DNA from: Heteronotia binoei
Lineage: Eukaryota
Assembly (NCBI RefSeq): GCF_032191835.1
Contig: NC_083235.1
Span: 45,880,001-45,944,000, forward strand
DNA length: 64,000 nucleotides
Reading direction: 5' to 3'
The translations under genes were made by a program, and so were the position numbers. Positions within the stretch are counted from its first letter, which is position 1; every line of letters begins with the position of its first letter. Shown here in pieces: positions 1 through 11,877 of the stretch. Below the pieces are notes generated by a model. That model was not told where the DNA came from. It did not search any database and was given only the letters and a program-made list of their open reading frames with translations.

Positions 1-56
1 TTGAAGCCAAACACATTTTCCAGCAAGCAACTTTGCTTACGGGGCAACCATCTTAC

Positions 57-104
57 CATACGGCGCGCTGCTTTCAGAAAGCCGTTCCCTCTTTCAGGAG
101 CCAT
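57..104 (-). CDS. Putative first coding exon (MAPERGNGFLKAARRM) of an unidentified minus-strand gene leaving the window
   Basis: Minus strand reads pyrimidine-rich acceptor ...cttatacacag| at 118-117, exon 116-57, aaaATGG start at 104, 16 open codons, then donor ATG|gtaaga at 56. It lies just downstream of a CpG island. Peptide not recognised. Confidence 0.35.
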
Positions 105-299
105 TTTAGAGAGAGGCTGTGTATAAGTGGCACAGAGAAGCCGTCATTTTGTTCTCTTTAGGCACAGCGTGTCTAGTGGCGGGTCTCTGAAGGAACTGGT
201 GATCTTTTGAATTTGTGACAAGAATCTGATTGTAACTGGAAGTCAAGACAACTTGGAAGTGAAGCCCTTTCCATCTTTTAAATATCTGCGAGCAAGAGG

Positions 300-700
300 C
301 TGGGATTCTCAAGAGGCCTCCGCTGTCCTCCGAGCTCGCCTTCCCTTGCAAACGAAGGGAAGCCGGGCTTGGAGAAGAACGCGCCTGCCCGGCTGCTCTC
401 GCCTAAAGTGGGCGGGTTGTTACCGCGGTGGCTCGTCTGCAACCCCCGCTCAGCCTTCTCAGGTCTGCCCGGCTGAACTGGGACTGCGGGTGAACTGCGG
501 CTGCGCAGCGCGCTCTCGGAAGCGTTCCGAGACTCCGGGCAATCTTGGAGTTCTTCTGAAAGCGCACTGCGCAGGCGCGGCTGGTGCGAAACCCGCCCGG
601 TCCTTTCCCTGCCACGCTGCCGCGCCTTCTCTCCTCGCGGGCGTGTCCTCAAAACATCCTGAGCGAAAGAAAGCTTCATTGAATCCAGTGAGACTGAGGC
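300..700. promoter_or_regulatory. CpG-island promoter
   Basis: High GC and CpG density against an AT-rich, CpG-poor background. NRF1-like TGCGCAGGCGC at 568-578 and GC boxes (gggcggg, cccgccc). Possible minus-strand donor cgcg|gtaaca at 423. Confidence 0.8.
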
Positions 701-902
701 GACCTGGTTGGATTTGTTTCCTACGCCACTGTTAGTACTTCATGCTGGGAAAGGTTTGCTTTACGTCCCTTAAACTTTGGCACGGGATATTTGAAAGGTG
801 ATAGTGCCAGTCCAGATGTCACCTTAAGACTGAATAAACATTTATTCTATCATCATTGGTTTTTGGTTTAGATGCACTGCAGCCAGTCTCCTCAGTGAAA
901 AT

Positions 903-990
903 CTGATTAAGTAGGGCTTACTCGACCAAAGCTTACACGACTCCTGTGCATTTTTGCTGCAATAGACTAACACACTGCTGCTCCTCTGGA
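903..990 (+). mobile_element. Degenerate Penelope-like pLTR remnant with decayed hammerhead motif
   Basis: ctgattaa-gtagggcttactcgac-caaagcttac followed by tttgctgcaatagactaacac; same family as the copies at 54-56 kb and 62.5 kb. Confidence 0.55.
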
Positions 991-1188
991 ATTATCACCT
1001 TGTCACAGGACCTGTTCACAAGGGTGCCCCACAGTATGCCAGCTGCAGTGTTTAGTTTGCATCTGTTTACTTTTAAGCTATTTTGCGTGGCCTGAGAAGG
1101 TATCTTGGGCAAGTTGATATTTTATAGGATGTCTCATGAGACTTGATTGGTGTGGCTTACAAGGTAAAGCATGAAGAAAGCATAAAAG

Positions 1189-1388
1189 CTGGGCTTTTTT
1201 GAGATGAAACGCACAGGAACGCAGTTCCGGCTGGCTTGGCACCCGGGGTGTGTGGCCTTATATGCAAATGAATTCCTGCTAGGCTTTTTCTACAAAAAAA
1301 CCCCTATGCTAAACAATGGTGATGTCAGGGGGTGTGGACTAATATGAAAATAAGTTCCTGCTGGGCTTTTTCTACAAAAAAGGCCCTG
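1189..1388 (+). mobile_element. hAT-type MITE (CAGGGCTTTTT...AAAAAGCCCTG family, octamer-containing)
   Basis: Terminal inverted repeats; 8-bp TSD cataaaag/catgaaag; two internal ggtgtgg..atatgcaaatga..cctgctgggctttttctacaaaa units. Confidence 0.85.
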
Positions 1389-2000
1389 CATGAAAGCATA
1401 ATAATCACAAGTAAGAGGTCTTAAAATGACCTTGGCCAGAGTACAAAAACAGGATAAAACGTTTATCAACCTAAAACAGTCCTGAAGCTAGAGTTTTAAA
1501 AACAATTTTAAAAGATCCTGATACACATAAGCACAATCAAGTTATAAAGTTTTTACTGGGCTGTACTTTTTAAAATGCAGAATTATGTTGCAAACGTTTA
1601 AATGTTCAATGTCCTGTCACAGAATGTCTTGTTCCTGACATACAATTCTTCTGTATCACAGTTTCTTTCATGAGAGAATTCAAATATGCAACACCATCAC
1701 TACTTGCTATCAAAAGCAGTCTGGGAAAAAGCTTTACCAGTTGATTTGCTGCATAAAGAAACTGACCCTGTAGTGTAGCTGATATACTAGATGTGCATAA
1801 CTTGAATCGTTGTAGCACTTGAACATTCTGAAAATCGCAGTTGCAAACTCCAAGATATGCAGATTTCTGTGACCCTATGGATAGTCATGTCATGACGAGT
1901 AGACCAGCCTGTAGCAGCATAGCTAAAAGCACATGCTGACTAAACCACATGTGATTGTAAAAATGAGCTCAGAAGTTTATAGCTCTCTTTATATCTGCTG

Positions 2001-2200
2001 GGAGGGAAGGCAGCATGGTATAGCCCAACCTTATCAGATCTTTGAAGCTAAGCAGGGTTAGTAATTGGAAGGGAAACCACCAAGGAAAGCTCTGCTGAGG
2101 AAGACAATGGCAAACCGCCTTCTTTTCACTTTTCTTGAAAACCCGTTGCTGGAGTCACCATAAATTGGCAGCAAATTGATGACACATTACACACAGACAC
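2001..2200 (+). mobile_element. 5S rRNA-headed SINE with Sauria-SINE-like tail
   Basis: cagatctttgaagctaagcagggttagtaattggaagggaaacc resembles the 5S internal promoter region; followed by a caatggcaaacc...ttgaaaacc...ataaattggc tail. Confidence 0.7.
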
Positions 2201-2867
2201 ACACACTGTATCTATTGACGGAGGGTGGAGAAGTAGGCTTTGGGATTTCTGACCCTGACACAGAAGCATTAATTTTTCAATACAGTACTTCCATCTTTCT
2301 TTAGTTTAAAAAAAAGTCAGGTAGAATAGGCAGGTGAGAATAGGCAGGTGAGCATTTTCTCTGATAGCTATCAGTGCAAATGTTAAAACAGGGTGGTTGT
2401 TCTTAAAACTTACAGTCACTTGTGCAAGCTCTGGTTGCATTCAACCTGCTATAAACATTTCCTTAGGCAAGTAAATATAGAACACTCTATGAGGGTTTTT
2501 ACTAATACATATAATACCAAAACAATTTTTATACTAAACAATATTCAGTGGTATTCCAAAAATTCCCTTCTACAAAAAATTGTACAATGTTCTCTCTTTG
2601 TTTGCAGAGCTACACAAAGTCCAAGAAATTCCAAAATGGATATGACTGCTTCCCAAAACAGGTGTGACTGCAAACGGACTGCGTTTCTGTCCTCTTTTCA
2701 GAGTTTCCTTCTTCAGGCAGTTACATGTCCTAGTTTATATTATAGGAAGTTTAGGAATAATCATGATCCAAAGCAAAAGAAACAAAGGGCAATGACTTGA
2801 ATGCCTGCTTCAGTTTCTGTTTACCCTGGTTGTTTACTCCTGAAGCAGGATTGTCTCTAGGTTTTTC

Positions 2868-3075
2868 ACCATCCTAAGCAGGCTGGGTAGCCAAGGCTAG
2901 CCCAATATTGGAAGCTAATCACGGTCAGCCCTAGTTAGTACTTGGATGGGAGACCACCAAGAAAGTCTAGGGTTGCTACACCAAGGCAGGCAATGGTAAA
3001 CCACCTCTGAATGTTTCTTGCCTTGAAAACTTTATGGGGTTGTCATAAATTGGCTGCAACTTGACAGGAAAAAAA
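2868..3075 (+). mobile_element. 5S rRNA-headed SINE with Sauria-SINE-like tail
   Basis: ggaagctaatcacggtcagccctagttagtacttggatgggagaccacc (5S-like) plus aggcaatggtaaaccacctctg...gccttgaaaac tail. Confidence 0.75.
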
Positions 3076-6000
3076 TCCCAACATAATCCATTGCAAAGGA
3101 TTATGACGTACAGAAGGAAACAAGACATGCTAGTTCAGACACGGTAAGTGTCGCTTGTACTCTAGAAAGCTGCTTTGCATTTCTAGACCTATCTCAGGGT
3201 TGTCACCAGCTGTCAAAATTACTGACATAGTAATTCCTTCCACCATTCTTATTTTCATAACATGCATCACTGCCATTTCAAAAGAAGGTGTGGATGGTGG
3301 AGATGAGACTGCTAATGACCACTTGGATGAAAAATGCGGCCTGCATAAGTGCATTTAACATCACAGTCTAGCACAGACAGGTCTTGAGGCCAACGCAGCA
3401 CACTCTCAGTTTGCATCCCTGGAACAGGACAGTCCTGCATCTTGGCTGAGGCTCTTGATAGTACCTACTTGGGGACTATGTTCTGGGCAATACAAAGAAC
3501 AGAATAAGGCAGTAATGTCCTGAGATAGAGAGTTAGACTGTATCTTATGATACCACAGGTGGAAGATAGTACTTCTGAATGCTCTCCCTTCTTACAGAAC
3601 AAAAAGGTCCCAGCAGACAAACATTAACACAGCAGGTAAAAGGCTAACTGCTCAGTTTGAAGGAGATTGAATAGAATGTCCACAAAATTTTAACAATGGT
3701 CAGTCAAGACATCTTCCCTCCTTTTTTATGTTGTCAGTTTTAAAATGGCTGCCCAGGTTTTACTTTCCCAACCTTTGATTCTGCAGAACACTAATGAAAT
3801 GTGACAGGGACATATGACCGCTGCAGGGTGTGGGGCGGTGGCTTTTGTTGCCACCTTTTCATTGACAGGATTGTTCTGGCTCTTTGCAGCAAGTCAGCAA
3901 GTGTTCGCCAAAGAAAGGAGAGATGAATAGAGAGAGAGGGAGCATTTGCCAGCGAGAGGTCAAAATGAGGCCTTGCTTTTGCTGAGCCAAGCGCTGACGT
4001 GGCAGAAACGGGGAGAGGGGCTCTACTGAATTGTCAACACATAGCATGTAGTGTATGGAACCTGTAAAGATCCTGTACTTTTTGAGGTAACCACTCAGAC
4101 AACTGCCCAGTTTTCTATCAACAAAGCATTTTTTTTTCTGGTGCTAGAGGGAGGCAGCTGTGATTTCCAAAATTCAGATAGCTGACTTCCTCTGAATCAA
4201 AATTAGACATGTGCTTCATTTTCACAACAGTTTTTTTTTGTAAGTGTGTAAAGGTAGAACTGCCTATCCCTCTATACTTCTGTTTTGAGCATGACTGGAT
4301 TAGATGAAGGCAAGTCCAGAGCAGTGATTCATGCAGAGATGTCACGGGCACCTCTGTAGTGGAAGTGATTAAAAAGTTCCCCTTGAAAAAAGCAGAGAAG
4401 CAAAAGAATGCAATGAGATACTATGCATTGGTTGGATCTGAACTAATTAGTCCTCTAAGAATTGTTCTTTTAAACCATTTGGCTTCTGATATCTCCATAA
4501 TTTATCAGATAAGGGTGTTTGCAAGCCTTGATTTTGATAGTACAAATGAATTAATTGTGATTTCTCAGGAGCAATCCCAGGCAGAAGACTTTCAAAGAGT
4601 TGCTGTTTTTTAATTGAAAAAGAGGTGATTCTCTTTATTAGACAAGATGTTAGAAAATACAAATGTAAAAATTAACCCTGAGCAACTGCAAAAACAAGTA
4701 CCAATAAAATAAAACCTCCTAGCATTTCTCAACCATATTTGAATAAAGCATATCACATATAAAGCAACCAGATTTCAGATGATTCCATTCCATTGTGTTC
4801 CCCCAGAATAAAAGCCCTGCTTTTAGCTGTAAGGTCACTAAAGGTCCATTTTCTTTGACCACTGCTTAGCTTCCAAGAAATGGACTTCCCAATAGTATTG
4901 AACCCAGGGAAATCACCCATATGGAAACAGCATTTTTCTCATAATGTTAATACAGGGTCTGGGGTTACATTAACAAATGGGGATAATATTCCCTGCCAAT
5001 TCTATGCTCATGTCCTCTGGCCCCCAAAGCTGAGGTAGTGTTCACTAAAACAGCTGCAAAACTGGAAACCAGCCAGGGAGGCAGTGGGGCCCTTGGATAA
5101 CCAAGGGGTAAAAGGATTACTGAAGAAGGACAGGGAAATGGCTGAGAAGCTGAATGCATTTTTTGCCTCCGTCTTCAATGTGGAAGATGAGAAGTGTTTG
5201 CCCGCCCCAGAACCACTAATATTGGAAGGGGTGTTGAAAGACCTGAGTCAGATTGAGGTGACAAAAGAGGAGGTCCTACAACTGATAGACAAATTAAAAA
5301 CTAATAAGTCACCGGGTCTGGATGGCATACATCCGAGAGTTCTGAAAGAACTCAAAGTTGAACTTGTGGATCTTCTAACAAAAATCTGTAATCTTTCATT
5401 GAAATCTGCCTCTGTTCCTGAGGACTGGAAGGTAGCAAATGTCACCCTCATCTTTAAAAAGGGTTCCAGAGGAGATCCAGGAAATTACAGGCCAGTCAGT
5501 CTGACTTCAATACCGGGAAAGTTGGTAGAAACCATTATCAAGGACAGAATGAGTAGGCACATTGATGAACACGAGTTATTGAGGAAGTCTCAGCATGGAT
5601 TCTGTAAGGGAAGATCTTGCCTCACTAACCTGTTACATTTCTTTGAGGGGGTGAACAAACATGTGGACAAAGGAGACCCGATAGATATTGTTTACTTTGA
5701 CTTCCAGAAAGCTTTTGATAAAGTTCCTCATCAAAGGCTCCTTAGTAAGCTCGAGAGTCATGGAGTAAAAGGACAGGTCCTCTTGTGGATCAAAAACTGG
5801 CTAATTAATAGGAAGCAGAGAGTGAGTATAAATGGGCAGTCTTCGCAGTGGAGGACGGTAAGCAGTGGAGTGCCGCAGGGCTCAGTACTGGGTCCCATGC
5901 TCTTTAACTTGTTCATAAATGATTTGGAGTTGAGAGCAGGCAGTGAAGTGGCCAGATTTGCAGATGACACTAAATTGTTCAGGGTGGTAAGAACCAGAGA

Positions 6001-6322
6001 GGATTGTGAGGAACTACAAAGGGATCTGTTGAGGCTGGGTGAGTGGGTGTCAACATCGCAGATGAGGTTCAATGTGGCCAAGTGCAAAGTAATGCACATT
6101 GGGGCCAAGAATCCCAGCTACAAATACAAGTTGATGGGGTGTGAACTGGCAGAGACTGATCAAGAGAGAGATCTTGGGGTTGTGGTAGATAACTCACTGA
6201 AAATGTCAAGACAGTGTGTGATTGCAATAAAAAAGGCCAACGTCATGCTGGGAATTATTAGGAAGGGAATTGAAAACAAATCAGCCAGTATCATAACGCC
6301 CCTGTAATCGATGGTGCAGTCT

Positions 6323-6354
<32 letters not shown>

Positions 6355-6787
6355 GCACCTCAAAAAGGATATTATAGCATTGGAAAAAGTCCAGAAAAGG
6401 GCAACTAGAATGATTAAAGGTTTGGAACACTTTCCCTATGAAGAAAGGTTAAAATGCTTGGGGCTCTTTAGCTTGGAGAAACGTCGACTGCGGGGTGACA
6501 TGATAGAGGTTTACAAGATAATGCATGGGATGGAGAAGAAAGAGAAAGAAGTACTTTTCTCCCTTTCTCACAAGACAAGGACTCGTGGGCATTCAATGAA
6601 ATTGCTGAACAGTCGGGTTAGAATAGATAAAAGGAGGTACTTCTTCACCCAAAGGATGATTAACATGTGGAATTCACTGCCACAGGAGGTGGTGGCGGCT
6701 ACAAGCATAGCCAACTTCAAGAGGGGGTTAGATAAAAATATGGAGCAGGGGTCCATCAGTGGCTATTAGCCACAGTGTGTGTGTGTG

Positions 6788-6793
<6 letters not shown>

Positions 6794-6840
<47 letters not shown>
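6794..6840. repeat. (TA)n microsatellite, preceded by (GT)n
   Basis: About 23 TA units read directly; mirrored by (AT)n(AC)n at 7931-7960. Confidence 0.95.
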
Positions 6841-6843
<3 letters not shown>

Positions 6844-7930
6844 GGCTTGGCTTCGCGAACGAAGATTTAAGAAGGGTGCAATAGTCCACGTCTGCTGCAG
6901 GCTCGCTGGTGGCTGACAAGACCAATGCGGGACAGGCAGGTCCGGCCACAGTGGGCTGCAGGGAAAAGTCTGATTTAGGGTTGGTGCTGTAGCAGTGCGA
7001 TTCTTCCTCAATCTCCTTTTGTCCTCAAGACCAGCTATGCGTGCGTTCTCAAAGGAAGAGACAGCCTGGTGGATGGTGTGTCTCCATGCTTTGCGATCTG
7101 AGGCTAGGTCAGACCACTGGTGATGGTTGATGCGACAGGTGCCAAGGGATTTCTTCAAGGAGTCCTTGTACCGCTTCTTTGGTGCCCCTCTATTTCGATG
7201 GCCGGTGGAGAGTTCGCCATACAGGGCAATCTTGGGAAGGCGGTGGTTTTCCATCCTAGAAATATGCCCTGCCCAGCGCAGCTGCGTCTTCAACAGCAGT
7301 GCCTCGATGCTGGTAACCTCCGCCCGCTTGAGGACTTCAGTGTTGGTCACAAAGTCACTCCAGTGGATGTTGAGGATGGTGCGAAGGCAGCGCTGATGAA
7401 AGCGCTCGAGGAGTCGCAGGTGATGACGGTATAAAACCCACGATTCGGAGCCGTAGATGAGGGTTGTCATCACAACCGCTTTGTAAACATTGATCTTTGT
7501 GCCTTTTTTCAGATGCTTGTTGCTCCACACTCTTTTGTGCAGTCGGCCAAATGCACGGTTTGCCTTTGCCAGCCTGTTGTCAATCTCCTTGTCGATCTTG
7601 GCATCTGAGGAGATGATGCACCCCAGGTAGCTGAACTGCTGGACTGTCTTCAGAACTGATTCACCCACAGTGATGCAGGGAGGGTGATAATCTTCCTGGG
7701 GTGCAGGCTGGTGGAGAACTTCTGTCTTCTTCAGACTAACTTCTAGGCCAAATAGCTTGGCAGCCTCTGCAAAGCAGGACATCATATGCTGCAGAGCTGA
7801 TACCGAGTGGGAGACGAGTGCAGCATCATCAGCAAACAGTAGCTCTCGGATGAGTTTTTCCATTGTCTTGGAGTGGGCCTTTAGTCGCCTCAGGTTGAAC
7901 AGGCTGCCATCGGTGCAATAGCAGATGTAG

Positions 7931-7932
<2 letters not shown>
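6841..7932 (-). mobile_element. 5'-truncated RTE-clade LINE (not BovB-type) inserted antisense into the CR1 microsatellite
   Basis: Minus ORF YCTDGSLFNLRRL...LLFADDA...YGSESW...QLRWAGH...RYKD. The C-terminal Cys/His motif is frameshifted by one extra base near 6913. 3' end cttcgttcgcgaagccaagccgag abuts (TA)n. Confidence 0.92.
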
Positions 7933-7961
<29 letters not shown>

Positions 7962-9585
7962 AAAAAATGTTTTGGCCACTGTGTGATACAGAGTGTTGGA
8001 CTGGATGGGCCATTGGCCTGATCCAACATGGCTTCTCTTACATTCTTAAAACTGGAAAGCCTTGGTGGGCAATCAATAGCGGCAGAAAGGATTAAGCATT
8101 CCCTTTCACCTGCCTGTCATTTATTCCCTGCTAATGCTTCCTTATTTGCCTTTCCTCACAAATGTGAGTTTGGTAACACATATTTTCAAAAGTCGTGTAT
8201 GAAGGACATACCTGTCTGGAGAGCCACCTACACTTCAGCTTTGATGCCTCAGGGGACTTCCTCACAAGGTCTCTTCTACACAAACCAGTCAAAGCTGCTT
8301 CAACTTCAGCTGCATGCAGGGTTACAGTAATTATATTCGACATCTGAATTTTGTACTGTTCTACAAGCATAGCAGGATGAGGTGCTGATGAAGCAGAAGA
8401 GTTTTGAGATGATAGAATGGATTGTATCAGTTCAACTTGTACATGGAGAATACCACTTTTTTCTCCGCAACCCTGGAAGCGTTTTCATGTGTGAAGCGGG
8501 GTTTCTTCCCCACTTAGAGAGGTCTACCCCAAAATGTACACATCATCATCAAATAAAAGCCCAATCATGGTGGCAAATCTGAGAATTTTCATTGGTTGGA
8601 TGTGGCTTACAAGGATTGGCTCACACTCTGTCTCTGCCATGCCGCTGGCTGATTCTACTCTCCCCCATCTATCGCTGGCCCTGTCAGGCAAGAACTCTAT
8701 CAGATGGCCACTGACCTTTGAGGGAGACAGTTCTCTGCTGACACATTCTCCTGGGGGCTTACTGATCACTACTGCCTCTCCTCAGGGCCCATTTTAGGAA
8801 GTGCAGGACAGTTCACACACACAAACAATGCTGCCGCAAAGCAAACAATGAAGCAAACAGTAAACTGTGAGAAACATGTTAATGAGACAAAACAGTAACA
8901 GTTACTTCTCTTAACTGACACAAAAGGAATGTTCATTCACAGCAGAGAGGGACCAGTTCCACAGCAGCAGATAAACAGGCTGCCCCATTTCCACCTGCAA
9001 ATACTCTTCGCTTTCCATTCAAATTAGGCTACAGTGGGCTCATGTGATAGAATGGACTCTGAAGGCTCTAGAGGCCATTCCTCCTGGGGAACAATGGTTG
9101 ACAATCTCCAGGTGAGGGCTGGAGATCATTCAGAATTACAACTGCTCTCCAGATGGCAGAGATCAGCTTCCCTTGAGGTGGGAGGGGGGAACGAATGCCT
9201 TCACTTGGGTAGGTGGGAAGGCAGTAAGACTGAGGTGGGGCACTCATCCAGAGGCCTTTAGTGATACCTTTCCAGGTTGATGGGAAATTCTTAAGGTATC
9301 ACTACAGGCCTCTGAGGGAGAGGCTTTTCCTCCTGGGGAACCACTGTTGTTCTGTTCCACAGATGAGGGCTGTGGAAGTTGCCTGGATGATTTCAGACCA
9401 GTCACTGACTTTCAGTCTAACCTGCCTCACAGAGTTGTTGTTCAGATCAAAGTGAGGAATTATTCAAGCTGCTTTGGTCCCCTCCACACACTGTGATGAA
9501 AGACTGTCCTTTTCCTATGTAGAGGCTGCAGGGAGGGGGAAGACAATGGAAACCTGAAGTCAGAGGGCAGATAAATGGAAGTAGA

Positions 9586-9850
9586 TAGGGTTGCCAACTC
9601 CAGGTTAGGAAATTCCTGGAGATTTAAGGGGTGGAGCTTGGAAAGGGTGGGGTTTGTGGAGGGATAAGACTTCAGACAAGTACAATGCCATTTCCTCCTG
9701 GGGAATGACTGGAGCACTCAGATTTACAACTGCTCTCTAGATGGTAGAGATCAGCTCCCCTTGAGGTGGGGGGGAAGTCAATGCCTTCAATTGGGTTGGT
9801 GAGAAGACAGTAAGGGTGGTGGGCACTTGCCCAGAGCCTCCTTCTAGAGC
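9586..9850 (+). mobile_element. TAGGGTTGCCA-terminal repeat family (putative non-autonomous DNA element)
   Basis: tagggttgccaactccagg...agatcagctcccc motif. Related copies at about 9090-9260, 12650-13400, 23170-23350, 24620-24690, 25230-25410, 43391-43590, 45704-46090, 51655-51720 and 60560-60695. Confidence 0.6.
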
Positions 9851-11862
9851 CTGTTGTATTATTATTCACAACGGGCCTTACTCCTAGTATAATATAAACT
9901 CTCCAAGGAACTGGAGCCACTGCCCTCAACACTTGCTCAATCCATCACAAAAATCATGAAACCTCCACAGATCCACCTGTCAGTGACCAGAACTTCTAAA
10001 TTAGCCCTTTTCTCCCCACATCTGTGTGTGATTCATCCACATCAATCTACTCTTCTCCAAATCTCAAGTTTGTGCCCACTGATTACTCTTTTTCTTGCAC
10101 TTTAGTTTCGCTTAAATACCTGACTTTCCACAAAGACACACGGCCCTGGTGATGAGGCTTGAGCATGGGGAGTAACAACTGGAGACATAGGTTCATAAGC
10201 CCCACTCTGCAATGGAAGTTGTTGGGTGACTTTGGGCCAGTTACTTTCTTAGCCTAACATATCCTGCACAGTTGTTGTAAGGATAAAAACAGATGAGGAG
10301 AATGATACCTATAACTTGCTTTGGGTCCCTATTTGGGAAGAACAAGGTACAGACACCTAGAAAATAAATATGATGCAACAAAATCTAATTAAGTCTTTGA
10401 GGTGGTTCCAGACTCCTGTTTTATCTTAGCTTCCAACTACACCCCTGCTCTTGCATGTAACTCCCCAAACCAAAACACCCAGCCTCCTCCCTCACTCAAA
10501 CAGTTAGATAATATTGGCAGAGCAATTAACACAGCAACAGTGCAAACCTGATTAAAGAGTGGAAAAAGGTTTATTTAGGAATTAACATTCTTGATAAGAA
10601 AAAGGTGAGAGAGAGATAGGTTCCTAACTACATCTCTAGCTGAGAGAGAGGGTAAGACTGAGTGTGGCACTTCCGAGAAGAAATCAGTGAAATAGCCCTA
10701 AAAGTAGCTATTTGGAGAGAGTCAAGGAATGACACTTAACAGGAGAGAAGGTGCCGACCTCATTATCCTATCTGTCTTTTTGCTGCTGCCTGCAGAATCT
10801 TCTTTGTACATCAGACATTGCCTTTCCCAACAGATAACAGACCTGGATACCCAGTTCCATCCCTAGGCCTGTACGTTTAGAGTTAGAGTATTTCTTTAAT
10901 CCTTTGTGTTTATCTTTGTTGTTTGAACCCATAGCAAGTCACACCACTGGTCTGCCTAGCTCAGTATTGCTTACTGCAACTGGCATTAACTTTCCAGGTT
11001 CTCAAGCAGAGTAAGGACTTTCCAAACTCTTGCTACTGGAAGTTACAGGGATTGACCTGGGACTTTCTATAGGCAAACTATGTGCTCTACCACTGAGCTG
11101 TGGTCCTTCCCATATTAAACAACATGTTTAATTACATACTCTGGTGGATTTTCCTCTTTGAGTGAAAAAGAAAACCTTGTTGCCTGTGTAAATTCATTTA
11201 AATATATTCAATCATCGAGCACTGAAGGTGAGTAAAAATAACGTTCCAACCAGCAAAACAAAAACCCAGCCCAGATGCTGCCCTAACACAGGCAACCATC
11301 CAGGAGTCCTTTGATCACACAAAAATAATTGCAGCTGGCAGCAGGAGTAACTGTGACAACTCCTTTCAGATTTGCTCCTGGGTTAGGTTCAAAGGAACCT
11401 GTTACCATGACGTCCTTGCTGTCAATGTAGAGTCTTTCCATATATACATATCCTTCTTTTTAGGATTTTAAAAAAACCTTAGACTTTTGCTCCCTTTGAC
11501 TCTGAATGGTTGATAGCAGGATATTAGTGTGTCTGTTGACTGGACCCATTTGACTTTTTCCAAGGGCAGCTCTGAGCTGACATACGTGAATTGATGATGC
11601 CAATTATAAATATTTGGTGCTTTTTGGGATAGCCCATGAACTCTAGTGCCTGCCTAATTCTACTTCCAGATGTTCAGCTGTTTTATGGTACTCATTGTTC
11701 TAGTCTGTAAGTTTGCTTCATCTTGAGGGGGATATGGACTGATTATGAGGGAGGAAGTGGGAGGAGGAAAATGGGGAGGGGAGGAGAGGGTCCAGTAAGC
11801 CACTAGAGGACAACAGCATCTTCCCCTCATTCAGATCAATGGGAGTCTTTTAGGAGCCAGAC

Positions 11863-11877
11863 ATGGGCATCAGAGAG
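11863..11877 (+). CDS. AQP14: Aquaporin-14 coding exon 1 (micro-exon, MGIRE)
   Basis: gacATGG strong Kozak; ATG GGC ATC AGA GAG then donor |gtaagg. Phase 0 joins the acceptor at 14587 to give MGIREELRSRQFW, matching my recollection of the teleost Aqp14 N-terminus MAIREELRSRQFW. Confidence 0.8.

Larger units (their letters stand above)
5069..8047 (+). mobile_element. 5'-truncated CR1 LINE (RT and C-terminal region) with nested RTE
   Basis: ORF 5084-6307 has RT motifs (YFDFQKAFDKV, GVPQGSVLGP, FADD) and continues in frame to 6769. The CR1 3' UTR resumes after the RTE and ends tctcttacattctta. 11-bp TSD aaaactggaaa at 5058-5068 and 8048-8058. Confidence 0.95.

Noticed and set aside
253-735. 160-aa (+) and 133-aa (-) ORFs
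   Set aside because: Stop-poor frames are expected in a GC-rich CpG island; no recognisable domain.
1644-1767. Minus-strand exon-like segment (GQFLYAANQLVKLFPRLL...)
   Set aside because: It has AG/GT ends and one open frame, but lies upstream of the presumed promoter, has no recognisable homology and no partner exons.
4250-4710. Decayed AT-rich reading frame around ORF 4359-4613
   Set aside because: Several stops and no recognisable family; cannot be called a pseudogene without a search.
7120-7434. Plus-strand ORFs of 104 and 89 aa
   Set aside because: Antisense shadows of the RTE ORF.
6841-7932. BovB assignment for the nested LINE
   Set aside because: The C-terminal sequence and 3' end do not match BovB as I recall it (no ...CWRRLLRVPWT or ctgaa tail), so it is called RTE clade only.
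10456-10832. Solo LTR (TG...CA); a similar stretch at about 39570-40030
   Set aside because: No target-site duplication found and no second copy in the window.
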